Shown one piece after another: positions 1 to 11,560 of a stretch of DNA of 64,000 bases. Under the pieces are notes generated by a model, which was given only the letters and a program-made list of their open reading frames with translations, had not been told where the DNA came from and ran no database searches. The DNA comes from Botryllus schlosseri (Eukaryota), in assembly GCA_051294905.1 (NCBI GenBank), contig CM119384.1:24242001-24306000 (forward strand), read 5' to 3'. The translations under genes and the position numbers were made by a program. Position 1 is the first letter of the stretch. Each line of letters starts with the position of its first letter.

Positions 1-230
1 GATTTCCACTTTGCGACAATCGGCGTTATTGGTCTAATTTTACTCGTAATTTCTACAATTTTAATCCAAAATCTATTTTAAGGTTATTTTATTTTTGTTC
101 TAATCGTGGTCTATCATTTGACCTAATTTTTATTGAAAAATTCCAAGATTAGATTTTTGAGTACCGGTACTGGCACTCTGTCTAATCCGTCTGTAGCCAT
201 TGCTACCAAATCTGGCTGTTTCCCTAAAAT

Positions 231-3200
231 CTATTCATCTTCTTCAATCAGGAACGCTAATTCGTTCCTGAATAGAGTTTCTTCATTCAAATTATCAAAT
301 TTCTGTACTCTTTTAAGAATTTTCTTCAAAATTTTGTCGACTACTTCTCGAAAGGCCAAATTATAGTTTGTTATTTTCTGGTTGATTTTGTCAAGGCCAA
401 ATTTTCTCTGCATTATTTCTGATTTGATTATAGTTATTACTGCCCAATCTGTTCTGTTTGTATTATTGTAGTTATAAAATATTGCATCTTTTGTTAATTT
501 TCTATTCTTCATCAGTCCTTTGAGTTTGTCAAAGATGCTTTTTGCAAAGCGACATTTGAAGAATATATGCTCAAGATTATCCTCTCTATGGCCACAGAAT
601 TTGCAATCTGTGATTGCCAATCTTTGTGACCCTATATTAAGTATATTCATTCGTCTGATTTCTTCTCCCAAGAAATATCCCTTGACTGCCACTCTTAGGT
701 TCAGGATTCTTTCCTTATTTGTTAAAGGATTCTTCTTTCTGTTATCTATCGTTATTTTATCCCAGTCTACCTTTTCTCCTGTGTCCAGGGTTAATTCTGG
801 GAGCACTGGAGTATTTTTGCATCTTATTCTATCACACATATCTTTGTGTTCTGCTTCTTGCCATTCCTGCTTGCTCCATTCAAGCCTTTCCGCTGTATTC
901 AATATGTTTTTCCACCCCTTTGTAACTATGTCACTATGAGGCGATGAATTGTTGTACAACTTCTCGTTTATTTTCTTGAGCTTTGAGCCAAGGATATAAA
1001 TGGCCTCGTGATGCCAAAACTCCTTTGGCTCTGTCAAGTTCGTTATTATTTTGTATTCCTCTATTTTGCATGCCTCAATCTTGCTCTTGATGCATGTTAT
1101 TTTTAGTTTCCCCATTCGCTCTCTGGAGAGCAAATGCTTTCTCTTTATTGCCTCAATTTTCTCTGGGGCCCAGAGAAACTTGAATAGAAGTGATTCCATT
1201 TGTTTTTTGATCTTTTCAGGTACTTCAACTATCCTGGCGTTGTGGATAATCTTCGATGCTGCCAGGCTGTTTATAATGACCGCTTTGCCATACCAGGTGA
1301 GTTTTCTGTTTTGATAAGTATGTGTAATTTTTTTGATTTGTTCTAATCGCTTGTTCCATGTTAGCTTTATATAATTTTTCCCAAATTTTTGACCTAAAAT
1401 TTCTACAGTTGGCAAGACGTATTGTTTAAGTTCTTCTTTTTGAATTGGCTTGGTGGTTAGGATTTCCGTTTTCTTCTTATTAGTTATTTGTCCCGTCGCT
1501 TTCGCAAAGCAATCTAGGTCCTCGAAGACTGTATTTACAGATTTTTCATCTTTTACAATGGCCGTCAAATCATCAGCGTATTGCTGTAGGCGCAATTCTT
1601 CCTTGCCTATTTTTATTCCTCTTATGTTTTGATTCGCCATGATCTTCCTGGCTAGCGGATCCGCTGCCATGGCATACAAACACATACTGAGGGGGCATCC
1701 TTGTCGGAGCCCCCTAGTTATTGATATTTTATTTGTCAGGCTTCCGTTGACTTGTACTTTACTATACGACTGGTCATACAGTTTTTTTATAAGTCTTCGT
1801 ATTTCATACGGAATACCATAAGATTCCAATATCTTATGAAGGTATCCGTGATGGACCCTATCAAAGGCCTTTTCTTGGTCTATGGATAATACAATCAGTT
1901 CCGATTCCTTCCTGTAGGCTTGATCTAGAGCTGCTTTTATATTTCTTAGTGCATCGGATATCTGTCTGTTTTGGATTCCACATTTTTGCGTATTTAATAT
2001 TAAATTTTCAGTAACCATTTTTAGTCTGTTTGCGATAATTGCTGTTAATATTTTGTAATCTAAATTCAATAAGGTTATGGGTCTCCAATTTTCCAATTTT
2101 TTTGCATCTCCTTTTTTATATATGAGTTTAACTATTCCCTTGTTCCATGTTTGGCAGGTATCTCCTAGGAAGATTGCATTATTATACAACTCTTCCAGAT
2201 GGTCTTTGAGGTCCACCCAGAAGGCTGTATAAAAGGCCTTCGTTAGCCCATCACTACCCGGTGTTTTTCCGCTGCTCATTCTTTTTATCGCATTTTTTAT
2301 CTCTTCCTTGGTTATAGGCTGTTCAAGGTGCTGCTGCTCCTCTTCCTCTACATTAACTTCTTTGATCATGTTTAGGAATTCTTCTTGGCCTTTCTCGTCT
2401 AACCCGGTCTGTGCCTTCCATAAGTTATTATAGAATTCTTGGACTCGTAGTTTGACTTCTTGTGGCTCCTTTATTTGTTTACCTTGTTTATCTAGAATGC
2501 TATCTATTTTCTGTAAGGAGCTTCGCTTCTTTAGTTGATCAAAGAATGATTTTGTTGGCTTTTCACCAATTTCTTTATCTTTTATTTTAGCTTTAACTGT
2601 CGTGAATTCAAGTTTTTTCCACTCTAGTTTCTTTAATTCATTTTGTAGATAGATTTTATTAATTTTATCACCGTTTTCTTCTGCTAGCTCCATCTGTTTG
2701 TCTAATTCTTTTTTTTTTCTTTTTTCAGCTTTGCTTTCTGCCTTCTCGTAGGCTTGCAGGGCTGATTTAATCTTTTTCTTTAAGGCGTCCCACCACCTCG
2801 AGATATGAGTATAGCTGTGTTTATTTAATCTCATGATTTCTATAATATCTGATATATTGCTTTTCGTTTGCTTGTTATTTAAGATTGATTCATTGCATTT
2901 CCAGGTTCCTTTACCCCATCGTTCTTGTGAATGATTTATTATGTTGATTTCCATGAGGTAAATGTGGTCTGATAATGGATTAATTCTATAGGTGCATCTC
3001 CCTACCTCCTTTGTTAGGGCATCTGTGGCATAGGCGTTGTCTATTCGCCTTTGTTGATTCCCTGTAGTCTTTGTGAATATTCTTCTGTATGGATTTCTCC
3101 AACGAAAAATATCCTGGTAATCATTAACACTAATGAACTCTTTCCAAATGTCTCCGGCCGTTGTGTTTTTAAAGTTATGATTTATTTTGGCGTCTAATTT

Positions 3201-3710
3201 ATTTATTATCAAATTGTAATCTCCAATTAGTAATGTGCGTTCTCCGGCTTTAATTAGTTTTCTTGTCAACTCTTTGTAGAAGTTGGTGGTTGTTTTTGAG
3301 ACCCCAGGTGGGGCGTAAATATTCCAGATTTCTAGTTTTTCTTCTTTGTTCGTCAGAGCTAGTCTTTGTACCCTATTTTTAATTATTAACTCTTCTGTGA
3401 CATTGAATTCTTTCTTTAGAGTAGACCTCATCAGTATTACAGTACCTTGGTAGTAATTCTTGCACTTCTGTGAATTATCCACCCAGATGTCATTTATATC
3501 TAAACAGTTCATGTATGCTTCATAATCATTGTTGCTGCACCACAATTCAATCTTCTTTTTATCGATTCTATGCACTTCTTGTAAGCAATAGAAGTCTTTT
3601 TTGTATTTTTTTATCATATTTGCTATTCTATTCCAATTCCTCATTAGACCATTGATGTTCACTGAAAGTATTTTTTTTGCCATTTTGAGCTCTTGGTTGG
3701 GACGGTTCAT
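231..3710 (-). CDS. E1 ORF2: APE endonuclease + reverse transcriptase + C-terminal Zn knuckle (1159 aa, uninterrupted)
   Basis: SVNING, CLQEVH, NIYAP, GDYN, RRIDN, SDH; KTPGSDG, NWRPITLLN, SIDQEKAFDRV, GLRQGCPLS, QYADD; CKFC..EHIFFKC. Confidence 0.97.
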   Translation of the reverse strand: MNRPNQELKMAKKILSVNINGLMRNWNRIANMIKKYKKDFYCLQEVHRIDKKKIELWCSNNDYEAYMNCLDINDIWVDNSQKCKNYYQGTVILMRSTLKKEFNVTEELIIKNRVQRLALTNKEEKLEIWNIYAPPGVSKTTTNFYKELTRKLIKAGERTLLIGDYNLIINKLDAKINHNFKNTTAGDIWKEFISVNDYQDIFRWRNPYRRIFTKTTGNQQRRIDNAYATDALTKEVGRCTYRINPLSDHIYLMEINIINHSQERWGKGTWKCNESILNNKQTKSNISDIIEIMRLNKHSYTHISRWWDALKKKIKSALQAYEKAESKAEKRKKKELDKQMELAEENGDKINKIYLQNELKKLEWKKLEFTTVKAKIKDKEIGEKPTKSFFDQLKKRSSLQKIDSILDKQGKQIKEPQEVKLRVQEFYNNLWKAQTGLDEKGQEEFLNMIKEVNVEEEEQQHLEQPITKEEIKNAIKRMSSGKTPGSDGLTKAFYTAFWVDLKDHLEELYNNAIFLGDTCQTWNKGIVKLIYKKGDAKKLENWRPITLLNLDYKILTAIIANRLKMVTENLILNTQKCGIQNRQISDALRNIKAALDQAYRKESELIVLSIDQEKAFDRVHHGYLHKILESYGIPYEIRRLIKKLYDQSYSKVQVNGSLTNKISITRGLRQGCPLSMCLYAMAADPLARKIMANQNIRGIKIGKEELRLQQYADDLTAIVKDEKSVNTVFEDLDCFAKATGQITNKKKTEILTTKPIQKEELKQYVLPTVEILGQKFGKNYIKLTWNKRLEQIKKITHTYQNRKLTWYGKAVIINSLAASKIIHNARIVEVPEKIKKQMESLLFKFLWAPEKIEAIKRKHLLSRERMGKLKITCIKSKIEACKIEEYKIITNLTEPKEFWHHEAIYILGSKLKKINEKLYNNSSPHSDIVTKGWKNILNTAERLEWSKQEWQEAEHKDMCDRIRCKNTPVLPELTLDTGEKVDWDKITIDNRKKNPLTNKERILNLRVAVKGYFLGEEIRRMNILNIGSQRLAITDCKFCGHREDNLEHIFFKCRFAKSIFDKLKGLMKNRKLTKDAIFYNYNNTNRTDWAVITIIKSEIMQRKFGLDKINQKITNYNLAFREVVDKILKKILKRVQKFDNLNEETLFRNELAFLIEEDE

Positions 3711-3712
3711 TT

Positions 3713-4701
3713 CTATTTATTTTCTATTGAGGAATTTACATTCCTTTTCTTGCTGTTACTTCTTCTCCGTTCGGCGGAGCGTCTTTTTCTTTTGTTTTTG
3801 TTTTCCACTGGTGTGAAGCCATCATTTCGTTTAGGAGTCGTTACTTTTGTCTCACTATCCTCAGTGTCATCTACTTCTTCTGAGTCAGAAGTGCCTGAAG
3901 AGGAGCTCAGACCCTCCAACACCTCCTCAATCATCTCATTCGCTGCCTCACCCGTGTTTTGTTTTTTATCCTGCTCCTCTGATTCGACATCGGATGTTAG
4001 GTTCTTCTCTGTTTCACTGTTTACTGTATGTTTTTGTACATTTCCCAATGCAGGGAATTCTTTTTCAAGTTCTTCGCATTGAACTCTTGTGTGCCCTGTT
4101 TTATGGCATTTGTCGCATTGTGCAGTTTTGCAATTTGTGGCCAGATGGCCGTTTCTGTTGCACTTTGTGCAAATTTTCGGGGGCTGCGCCCTTTTTCTAC
4201 TGTTGGTGTGTATACTTTACAGCTAGCTCCATCAATGTTGATGAAGGCCGGTAGCTTTCCTGATTCATATTCTACCATTGCCACTGATCTGTATCCATTG
4301 TGGAGGTTTAGACCTTTGTGGTAGAGTTTTTTTATTCCCACTATAACTCCTGCCTTCCACTGATCCAGTGCTTTCGCAACTGATTCATTGGAAGCTTCAG
4401 ATGGCACTGCACGGATATTGATTACCGACGGCTGGTCTCTGGGTTTCATGAGCGTGTAGCTCTTTCCGTTGTGCTGAATTTTAGGATTTTCATTTAACAA
4501 CTCATTTCTTGCATCTTCGTCTACCATCGTTAGATTGAAGACGTCAGGTCCAATCTGGAAGGCTGCTTCCATTCTTTGTTTGTATGATTTAAGGTAATCT
4601 TTTTGATTGAAGATATCTAGTACCTCTTTCAAATTTATTTCATTGTTTCCTTTGATGTCAACCGATAGCGGTCTTTTGCCATGTAATTTTGGATATTCCA
4701 T
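3713..4701 (-). pseudogene. E1 ORF1 (gag-like, two CX2CX4HX4C knuckles) with one frameshift near 4175
   Basis: After a 1-nt shift at AAATTT the frame reads CTKCNRNGHLATNC KTAQ CDKCHKTGHTRVQC and continues into the 3713..4048 ORF. Confidence 0.88.
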
Positions 4702-4816
4702 TATTTGTTTATTGTTTATCCTGTTTCCAGGTTCTGTAATTCAAAATGAGCTGGGCTAACAGAGCCCGTTTCTTGCCTTCAAGACTTATTCTGAAAAGAA
4801 CTTTGCCTTTACTGAC

Positions 4817-4840
4817 CTCTTTAAAACCAAATACACCAAT
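4817..4840 (-). other. Spliced-leader-like 24-mer A (ATTGGTGTATTTGGTTTTAAAGAG), followed by GTCAGT
   Basis: 19/24 identity to the copy at 9764-9787, same length and register; 115 nt upstream of the E1 ORF1 ATG. Confidence 0.7.
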
Positions 4841-5880
4841 GTGTATTACGTAGGTTATCTATTTTAACTTCGTATTTCACGTTGCGTGTGAAAGACGTCC
4901 CGCTCGGAAAAAAAATTTTACGCGTGTAAAAAGTACGTCCTGTCTAAATTTTACAGTTTACAGCGTTCGCCACAGCGGCAAACCAAGGTTACTGCTATCG
5001 TAAATCTGAAAAACAAGCTAGAAGACACCTGCCACTACCAATATTTTTTTTTTTTTTCGGTGACCGCAGTCATCCCAATTTTATTCCAAAAGAATTGCAA
5101 TACAATAAAGAGACAAATTATATATATATTTAGCTATGTTCATTCACACTTCAGCATTCAGAAAATATCAGCCACGGTATATTCAGTCACGCGCACATAC
5201 ATACCAAACCATTCACACAATTGCAATTCTCCGGTCTATGTTTCTTTTTTCGTCATCCTCGTCATCATCCATCCAGCGTTTGTTGCAATCCATTCGTCCT
5301 CCATCATCCGCCGTCAAGGTTCGCCGTCATCGTCCGCTGTCGTCCTTCTCCCATCGTTGGTGTTTCGGTTTTGTCAGTTGAAGTGATTCTTGTTTGTTTT
5401 TCTTCCGTTAATATTCTTTTCTGTTCTCATTTTTGATTTCCTTCGTTATTTATTAATTTTCCGTATCTATTTTATCGTTTCCGTTCTGTTATTCTTCTTT
5501 CTTCTTCTAATTTCTGTTTTCTGTGGTAATTTCGCTACTAATTCAATGGTGCGTTATGGTTGACTGAGCCGGAGATTTCGTTTCGCTCGCCATTGTCCTT
5601 CAATGAATGGGTACAATCGGAGCGGCCGGATTGCATTGTTTCGCTATTCTGGAACAATCGGATTCTTTTATTTTTAACAATCGGTATTTCTAGGTCTAAT
5701 TTGCTTCTATTTTCTTCGTTTTTGCACTAAAATCTAATCTAATGGTACTATCTTGTTGTGCTAATCACTCTCTATCCTATGATACCACTTTTATTGCCGA
5801 ACCTCAACAAAAATTTTTCGAGTACCGGTAATCAATCGTGGTTTTCGCCTCTAATGTTTTGGTACAATCTTAGGTTAAGC

Positions 5881-8800
5881 TCATCCATATTCTTCAATTA
5901 AGAACACCAATTCGTTTTTAAAGAGTTGTTCTTCTGTTGTATTATCAAATATCGATATCCTTTTGAACAATTTCTTTATTATTTTGTTGACCACGTCTTT
6001 CACTGTCATATCAAAGTTCTTTACTTTTTGATTGACTTTGTCTAGTCCAAATTTCCTTTTGATTATTTCTTTCTTAATTATACTCATTATGGTCCAATCA
6101 TTCTTGTTTTTTAGTTTCTCATTGTAAAGAATATTTTCACTGTCTATTTCTTTTTGTTTTATTAACCTCTTGAAGGCACTGAACACATTTTTCGCCAGTT
6201 TGCACTTGACCATTATGTGTTCTATGTTGTCTTCATCTTGACCGCAGAAATTGCATTCTGTGATGGTCTTGTTCATTGAATTAATATTGAATATATTCAA
6301 TCTTTTTCTGTCTTCTCCAAGGAAGAATCCTTTTGCAGCCGTTCTGATGTTTACAACTCTCTCTGCATTTGTTATGGGGTTGCATTCCCCATTTGTAGTG
6401 GTGATTTTTCTCCACTTTATTTCTTGCCCAGAGGGTTTTGTTATTCTGGGTATGTGTTTGGCTTTAAGCTCTTTTATGCCGATGTACAGGTCTTTGTGGG
6501 CTGCTTCTACCCAGGTTTCCTTCTCCCATTTCATTTCTTCCGCTCCCTTTATTATATTCTTCCACTCGTCCGACACGATTATGCTGTGTGGGGTCGAGTT
6601 GGTATATAATTTTTCGTTGATTTTCTTCAGTTTTGATCCTAAGATATAGATTGCCTCGTGGTGCCAAAACTCTGTTGGCTCCTCGATGCTGGTCAGTATT
6701 TTATATTTCTCCAATTTACATGCTTCGATTTTGCTTTTTATACAGGTTATTTTGAGGTCCCCCATGATTTCGGTGGATTTCATGTGGGTTCTCTTTATTG
6801 GCTCGATCTTTTCTGGCGCCCATATAAAGTTGAAGAGGAGCCTCTCCAGTGTGTTCGCCACCTCTTTTGGCATTTTTATTACCCTGGCGTTGTGTACCAC
6901 CTTAGAGGCAGCCAGGCTATTTATTATGATTGCTTTCCCGTACCAGGTGAGATTTCTCATCTGGTAGGTTGTTAATACTTTCTTCACCTGCTCTATCCTT
7001 CTGTCCCATGTTTTTCGGATATAGTTCCTGCCAAATATTTGTCCGAGTATTTTTGATGATTCCACTATGTATTTTTTATATTCTTCAGATCTAATTAGGT
7101 TGGGTTTAGTACATATAATTTCGGTTTTTGATCTGTTTATGATTTGTCCCGTTGCTTTTGCGAATTGCTTCAAGTTTTTAAATATTTCTGTTGCCGAATC
7201 TTCATTTGTTACTATTGCGGTCAGGTCGTCCGCGTATTGTTGTAGTCTAATTTCGTTTTTTCCAATTTTTATACCTTTTATGTCTTTGTTGGCCATGATT
7301 TTTCTGGCCAGCGGGTCGGCTGTCATTGCGTATAAACACATGCTTAGGGGACAACCTTGACGGAGCCCCCTGCCTGTGTTTATGCCATTTGTCAGTGTGC
7401 CGTTTATCTGCACTTGGCTATATGAATTATCATATAGTCTTTTTATGCATTTTCTTATTCCTACTGGTATGCCATAGGAATGCAGAATTTTATGCAGGTA
7501 ATTATGGTTGACACGATCGAAAGCTTTTTCTTGGTCTATGGATATTACTATGAGATTTGTGTTTTTTCTGAATGCTTGGTCTAATGCTGCTTTTATGTTT
7601 CTTAGGGCGTCTGCAATTTGCCTATTTTTTACTCCACATTTCTGTGTATTTATGATCAGATTTCCCATTACTTCTTTTAGTCTATTGGATATAATTGCTG
7701 TTAAAATTTTGTAGTCTAGGTTTAATAATGTGATGGGTCGCCAATTTTAGGTTTTTCGAGTCTCCCTTTTTGTATATTAAAGTTACTATCCCCTTATTCC
7801 AGCTCTCGCACGTGTCTCCCATATACAGTGCATTGTTGTATAATTCTTCCAGGTGTTCCTTTATACTCTCCCAGTAGGTGGTATAAAATGATTTTGTCAG
7901 CCCATCACTTCCGGGCGTCTTGTCACTGCTCATTTTCTTTATCGTTTCCCTTATCTCATCTTGCGTTATGGGTCCTTCGAGTGAAGGCATGTCTTCCTCT
8001 TCGACCCTAACGTCTTTGATTTGTTCTAAGAAGAGCCTCTGCTCTTCTTCGTCTATATCGGGCTGGGCCCGCCATAGCTCTTCATAGAATTGTTCGACCC
8101 TCTGTTTTATTTGCTTTGGGTCTTTTAATTCCCTTTCGTTTTTATCCCTTACGCAGCTCATTCTTTGTAGGGATGTTTTCTTCTTCAGCATATCGAAAAA
8201 AAGTTTCGTTGGTTTCTCTCCAACTTCCCTATCTTTCATTTTCGTTTTTTCTATTGTAAATTCTAATTTCTTCCATTCGTACTTTTTCAGTTCCCCTTGC
8301 AGTTTTATTTTGGCCGTTTGATCTTGGTTGATCTCCGCTATTTCTAATTTCTGTCGTAATTCCTTGATTTTTCTTTTTTCTATGTTTTCTGCTGCTACCT
8401 CATACGCTTGTAAGGCTCTTTTTATTTTGCTTTTTACATCATCCCACCATTTCGACAGGTGTGTGTAGTTATGTTTGTTTCGCGACATAACTTCAATGAT
8501 CATTTCTATATTTTCTTTCGTTTGTTTGCTTGTTAGTACCTCTTTATTACATTTCCAAATTCCTTTGCCCCATCTGTTTTGTTTTTGATTTCCTATTTTT
8601 ATTTCCATTAAATAGATGTGGTCCGAGATTGGATTGATCTTATATGTACACTTGGTGATGTCTTTGTTCAGGATGTCAGTGGCATACGCATTATCGATGC
8701 GTCTTTCCTGATCTCCGGTCTTCTTGGTGTACAATTTCTTGTGGGGATGCCTGGAACGGTATATGTCTTGGTACCCATGAATGTCTGTAAAATTTTTCCA

Positions 8801-9341
8801 AATGTTTGCGGCCAGTGTTCTTTTGAAATTTAGGTTAATCTTAGCGTCCAATTTGTTCGTAATTAGGTTAAAGTCCCCTATCAATAGTGTACGATTTCCT
8901 GCTTTTTTTTGTGTTTTCCACTAGGTTTTTGTAAAAGTCCGTTGTATGTTTTGAAGTTCCTGGTGGCGCATATATATTCCATATTTCCAAATTTTCTTTG
9001 TTGTTTTTCTTCAATGTAATTCTCTGCACTCTGTTTTCTATTATAATATCGTTGGTTATGTCGTATTCTTGTTTTAAAGATGTTTTTACTATCACAAGGG
9101 TACCTTGACAGTAGTTCTTTTTACCTTGATCCACATCTCGCCAAGTGTCTTTTATGTCTAGGCAATTGGCATGCATCTCGAAGTTGTTACCGGTACACCA
9201 ATTTTCCAATTTCTCCTTATCTATTTTATGTACTTCTTGGAGGCAAAGCACGTCTATGTTGTATTTTTTTGCTAATTGAGTTATGTTTTTCCAATGTTTC
9301 CTGAACCCGTTTATGTTTAGTGATGTAATCTGGAGCTCCAT
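5881..9341 (-). pseudogene. E2 ORF2 (APE + RT), two frameshifts (~8875, ~7735)
   Basis: ORF pieces 8868-9341, 7682-8884 and 5881-7668 are collinear with E1 ORF2. Confidence 0.93.
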
Positions 9342-9343
9342 TT

Positions 9344-9763
9344 CTATTTCTTGTCTTTGGAATTGTTTACATTTCTTTTCTTACTGTTACTTCTCGCCCT
9401 CTCAGTAGAGAGTCTTTTCCTCTTCTTTTTATTTTTATTCTGCACTAAAGCAAAGTCTTCCTCTTGGTTGCTATCTTCTTTTCCCTGTGGATCACTGTCA
9501 TCAGTTTCTCTTGCCTCTTCCGACTCTGAGTCGCTTGAAGAGGAGGTTAGGTGTTCTGCCACCTCCTCGATCATTTCTTTTACCACATTGTTGTTGTTTT
9601 GTTCCTCTGATGCAATTTCAGAGGTCGGGTTTTTCTTTGATTCTTTGTTTATTGTTGGTTCTTGTGGGTTTCGCAATGCAGGAAACTCTTTTTCAAGCTC
9701 CTCGCATTGTTCTCTTGTGTGCCCTGTTTTTTCGCATTGGCTACAATATGCGAGTTTGCATAC
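9344..9763 (-). pseudogene. E2 ORF1 3' remnant, starting at the end of the first Zn knuckle
   Basis: VCKLAYCSQCEKTGHTREQCEELEKEFPAL aligns with E1 NCKTAQCDKCHKTGHTRVQCEELEKEFPAL. Confidence 0.9.
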
Positions 9764-9787
9764 CTTAATACAACCAAATACTCCAAT
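9764..9787 (-). other. Spliced leader exon sequence ATTGGAGTATTTGGTTGTATTAAG (copy B, exact), followed by GTATGC
   Basis: Matches the 24-nt stolidobranch ascidian SL as I recall it; recurs 23/24 at 24816-24839. Confidence 0.8.
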
Positions 9788-10335
9788 AGCTAGAATGGGC
9801 ACAGGGAGAGACTACTAGTACCTAGAGAATGATCAGCACTCGTGCCTGTCTGAAAACGACCACCCGTCGCGACCGGCGGTCGCTTCGTATTCGGTGCAAT
9901 ACCCGCTTTTCCGATTTTGCTTGCACGTCCCGGTCCGTATTGGGGCTCATCGACTTGCATCGGTTGCGGGCGGACAGGGTTATCGGCGGTTATTTTCTTC
10001 GATTTCTACTTATCGGGGTCGGATTCCATCCATCGCATTTTTGTTTTGTGATTTTTTGTGGGTGGGTAGGGCGTCGGTCAATTCTTCTGACTCTTCTCGT
10101 AAGTCGAGTCGGATCTTCCTATTCGAGGCAGACGCGATAGTTTGCAGTCTCGCGATCGAGAGGGGCCAGCCAGGTCTCGTGCAATATTGCCTAATTAGTA
10201 GTTACTGTAGCATGTAGCTCCCTGATTAGTCAGCGTCCGAAGAGCATCGCCGTTGTTGCATCGCCGTTGTTTTAACAACACGTCCTGGTCCGTTGAGTCT
10301 GGAGGCGACCTGACGATCGCGTAAGTGCGTACGTG

Positions 10336-10387
10336 TCAGTTTATCAGACGTCGCCGAAGATGCGTATTCGAGCGTTTGTTCGCGAGA
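10336..10387 (+). repeat. Dispersed ~50-bp motif M, copy 1
   Basis: tcagtttatcagacgtcgccgaagatgcgtattcgagcgtttgttcgcgaga; near-identical at 45780-45832, inverted at 18364-18403. Confidence 0.85.
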
Positions 10388-11312
10388 CGCGACAAAGACC
10401 GACTGATCGGCCATCGCCCGCCACGAGGTAGAGAGGCTATCGGAAACGGCGGGTCAGAAGTAGACGACAATGTGTATTGGGCTTCGAGTCGTGTCGGGTA
10501 TTGTTGAGATGCCGTACGAATAAGAACGGCGTGGCAAGTTGAAATATGTACAAGTTGTACAATGTACATGTACATGTAACGTGACCGCGACGAATGAAAT
10601 ATCAGTTCCGCATCGGATTGAATGTAATGTAATATTTTTGAGCGTACCCATTTAATCGCGCATGCATGCATTGACACTGTTGCCCTGCCGCGGCTTCACA
10701 GATATCTAATCGGCTTTGTATGCCGCAACGCGACCAATCGAGGTTCTAAAACTATAACATTGGGAAATTATATCGACACAGACGATTAGTTCATATGCAT
10801 AACATGTAGCATTCTCCGTATTGACCAGACACCGTCGGCCTCGCTGGTAATCAAAGCCGGCTGCACAGTGCACACTGGCTCTCCCGACACGGCAAAACGA
10901 CGGGAGAGAACGACAGACTCACGCCCGTCTGTGACTAAGCGATGTGTTTTGTAACATTTTCTGCTCTCTACCAATCTGTGGGTTGTAGCAAATACTCTGC
11001 ATTTTGCGCCGTTAATATCCACGTAAGAGTGTACCGTCTTGGTGTTCTTCTATTGCTACAGCACTGTAGCCGTTTTGTCACTACTCGAGTTTTTTGTAAT
11101 AAACCCTGATGATTCTGATCACTTTTGCGGAATTCCAGAAATGCATTGGGCACGACCTCGTCGCTCGCTTCAATCGGCACAGCCCTGATGTTTAGATATG
11201 TTAGCAGCGGCGGCGGCGTCCGCGATTTCTGTATTTTGTCTTTTTTCCACTATCCTAGCGTAAATGTGGCAACCGCCTGAATTAGCGCCGGCCGCGGACG
11301 ATGCTGCTAAAC

Positions 11313-11560
11313 CAGGAGTTCTCAACCTGGGGGGCGTGAAACATTTAAAGGGAGCGCGGAGAAGCGGTCGGTCGCCTGAAAAAAATTTTCGCGCCTAGCG
11401 CGATTTACCTCCAATGCACGCGTGTTTCTCTCTATATAGACCCAACTTCATATATTTTTATTCTCTCATCTGCATAACCGTCCATACCATCAATCAAACA
11501 ATCTGTTGGGGTTGCTAGTATATATGACGATAGGGGGCCGGCGACAATTTTCGCGTGATT
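11313..11560. mobile_element. Partial hAT-type MITE (left end only)
   Basis: CAGGAGTTCTCAACCTGGGG resembles the hAT TIR at 55150; no right TIR found; 3' limit approximate. Confidence 0.4.

Larger units (their letters stand above)
1..5043 (-). mobile_element. Tx1/L1-clade non-LTR retrotransposon E1, near full length; 3' UTR runs off the window start; 5' limit at 4840 or 5043
   Basis: ORF1 with two CCHC knuckles followed by intact APE-RT ORF2; A-rich sense strand. Confidence 0.93.
5044..9787 (-). mobile_element. Tx1/L1-clade element E2, 5'-truncated inside ORF1, SL 24-mer at the 5' junction, poly(A)14 at the 3' end
   Basis: T14 at 5044-5057; ORF2 homologous to E1; TATTGG at both junctions (5038-5043 and 9783-9788). 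Confidence 0.92.

Noticed and set aside
4170-4182. Programmed frameshifting in E1 ORF1, and likewise in the Utopia ORF
   Set aside because: The shifts sit at short homopolymers inside conserved domains, which is better explained by mutation or read error.
9764-9860. A bona fide SL RNA gene or tandem SL array
   Set aside because: The four SL copies share no upstream promoter sequence, Sm-site-containing intron or repeat unit; retained only as an alternative model.
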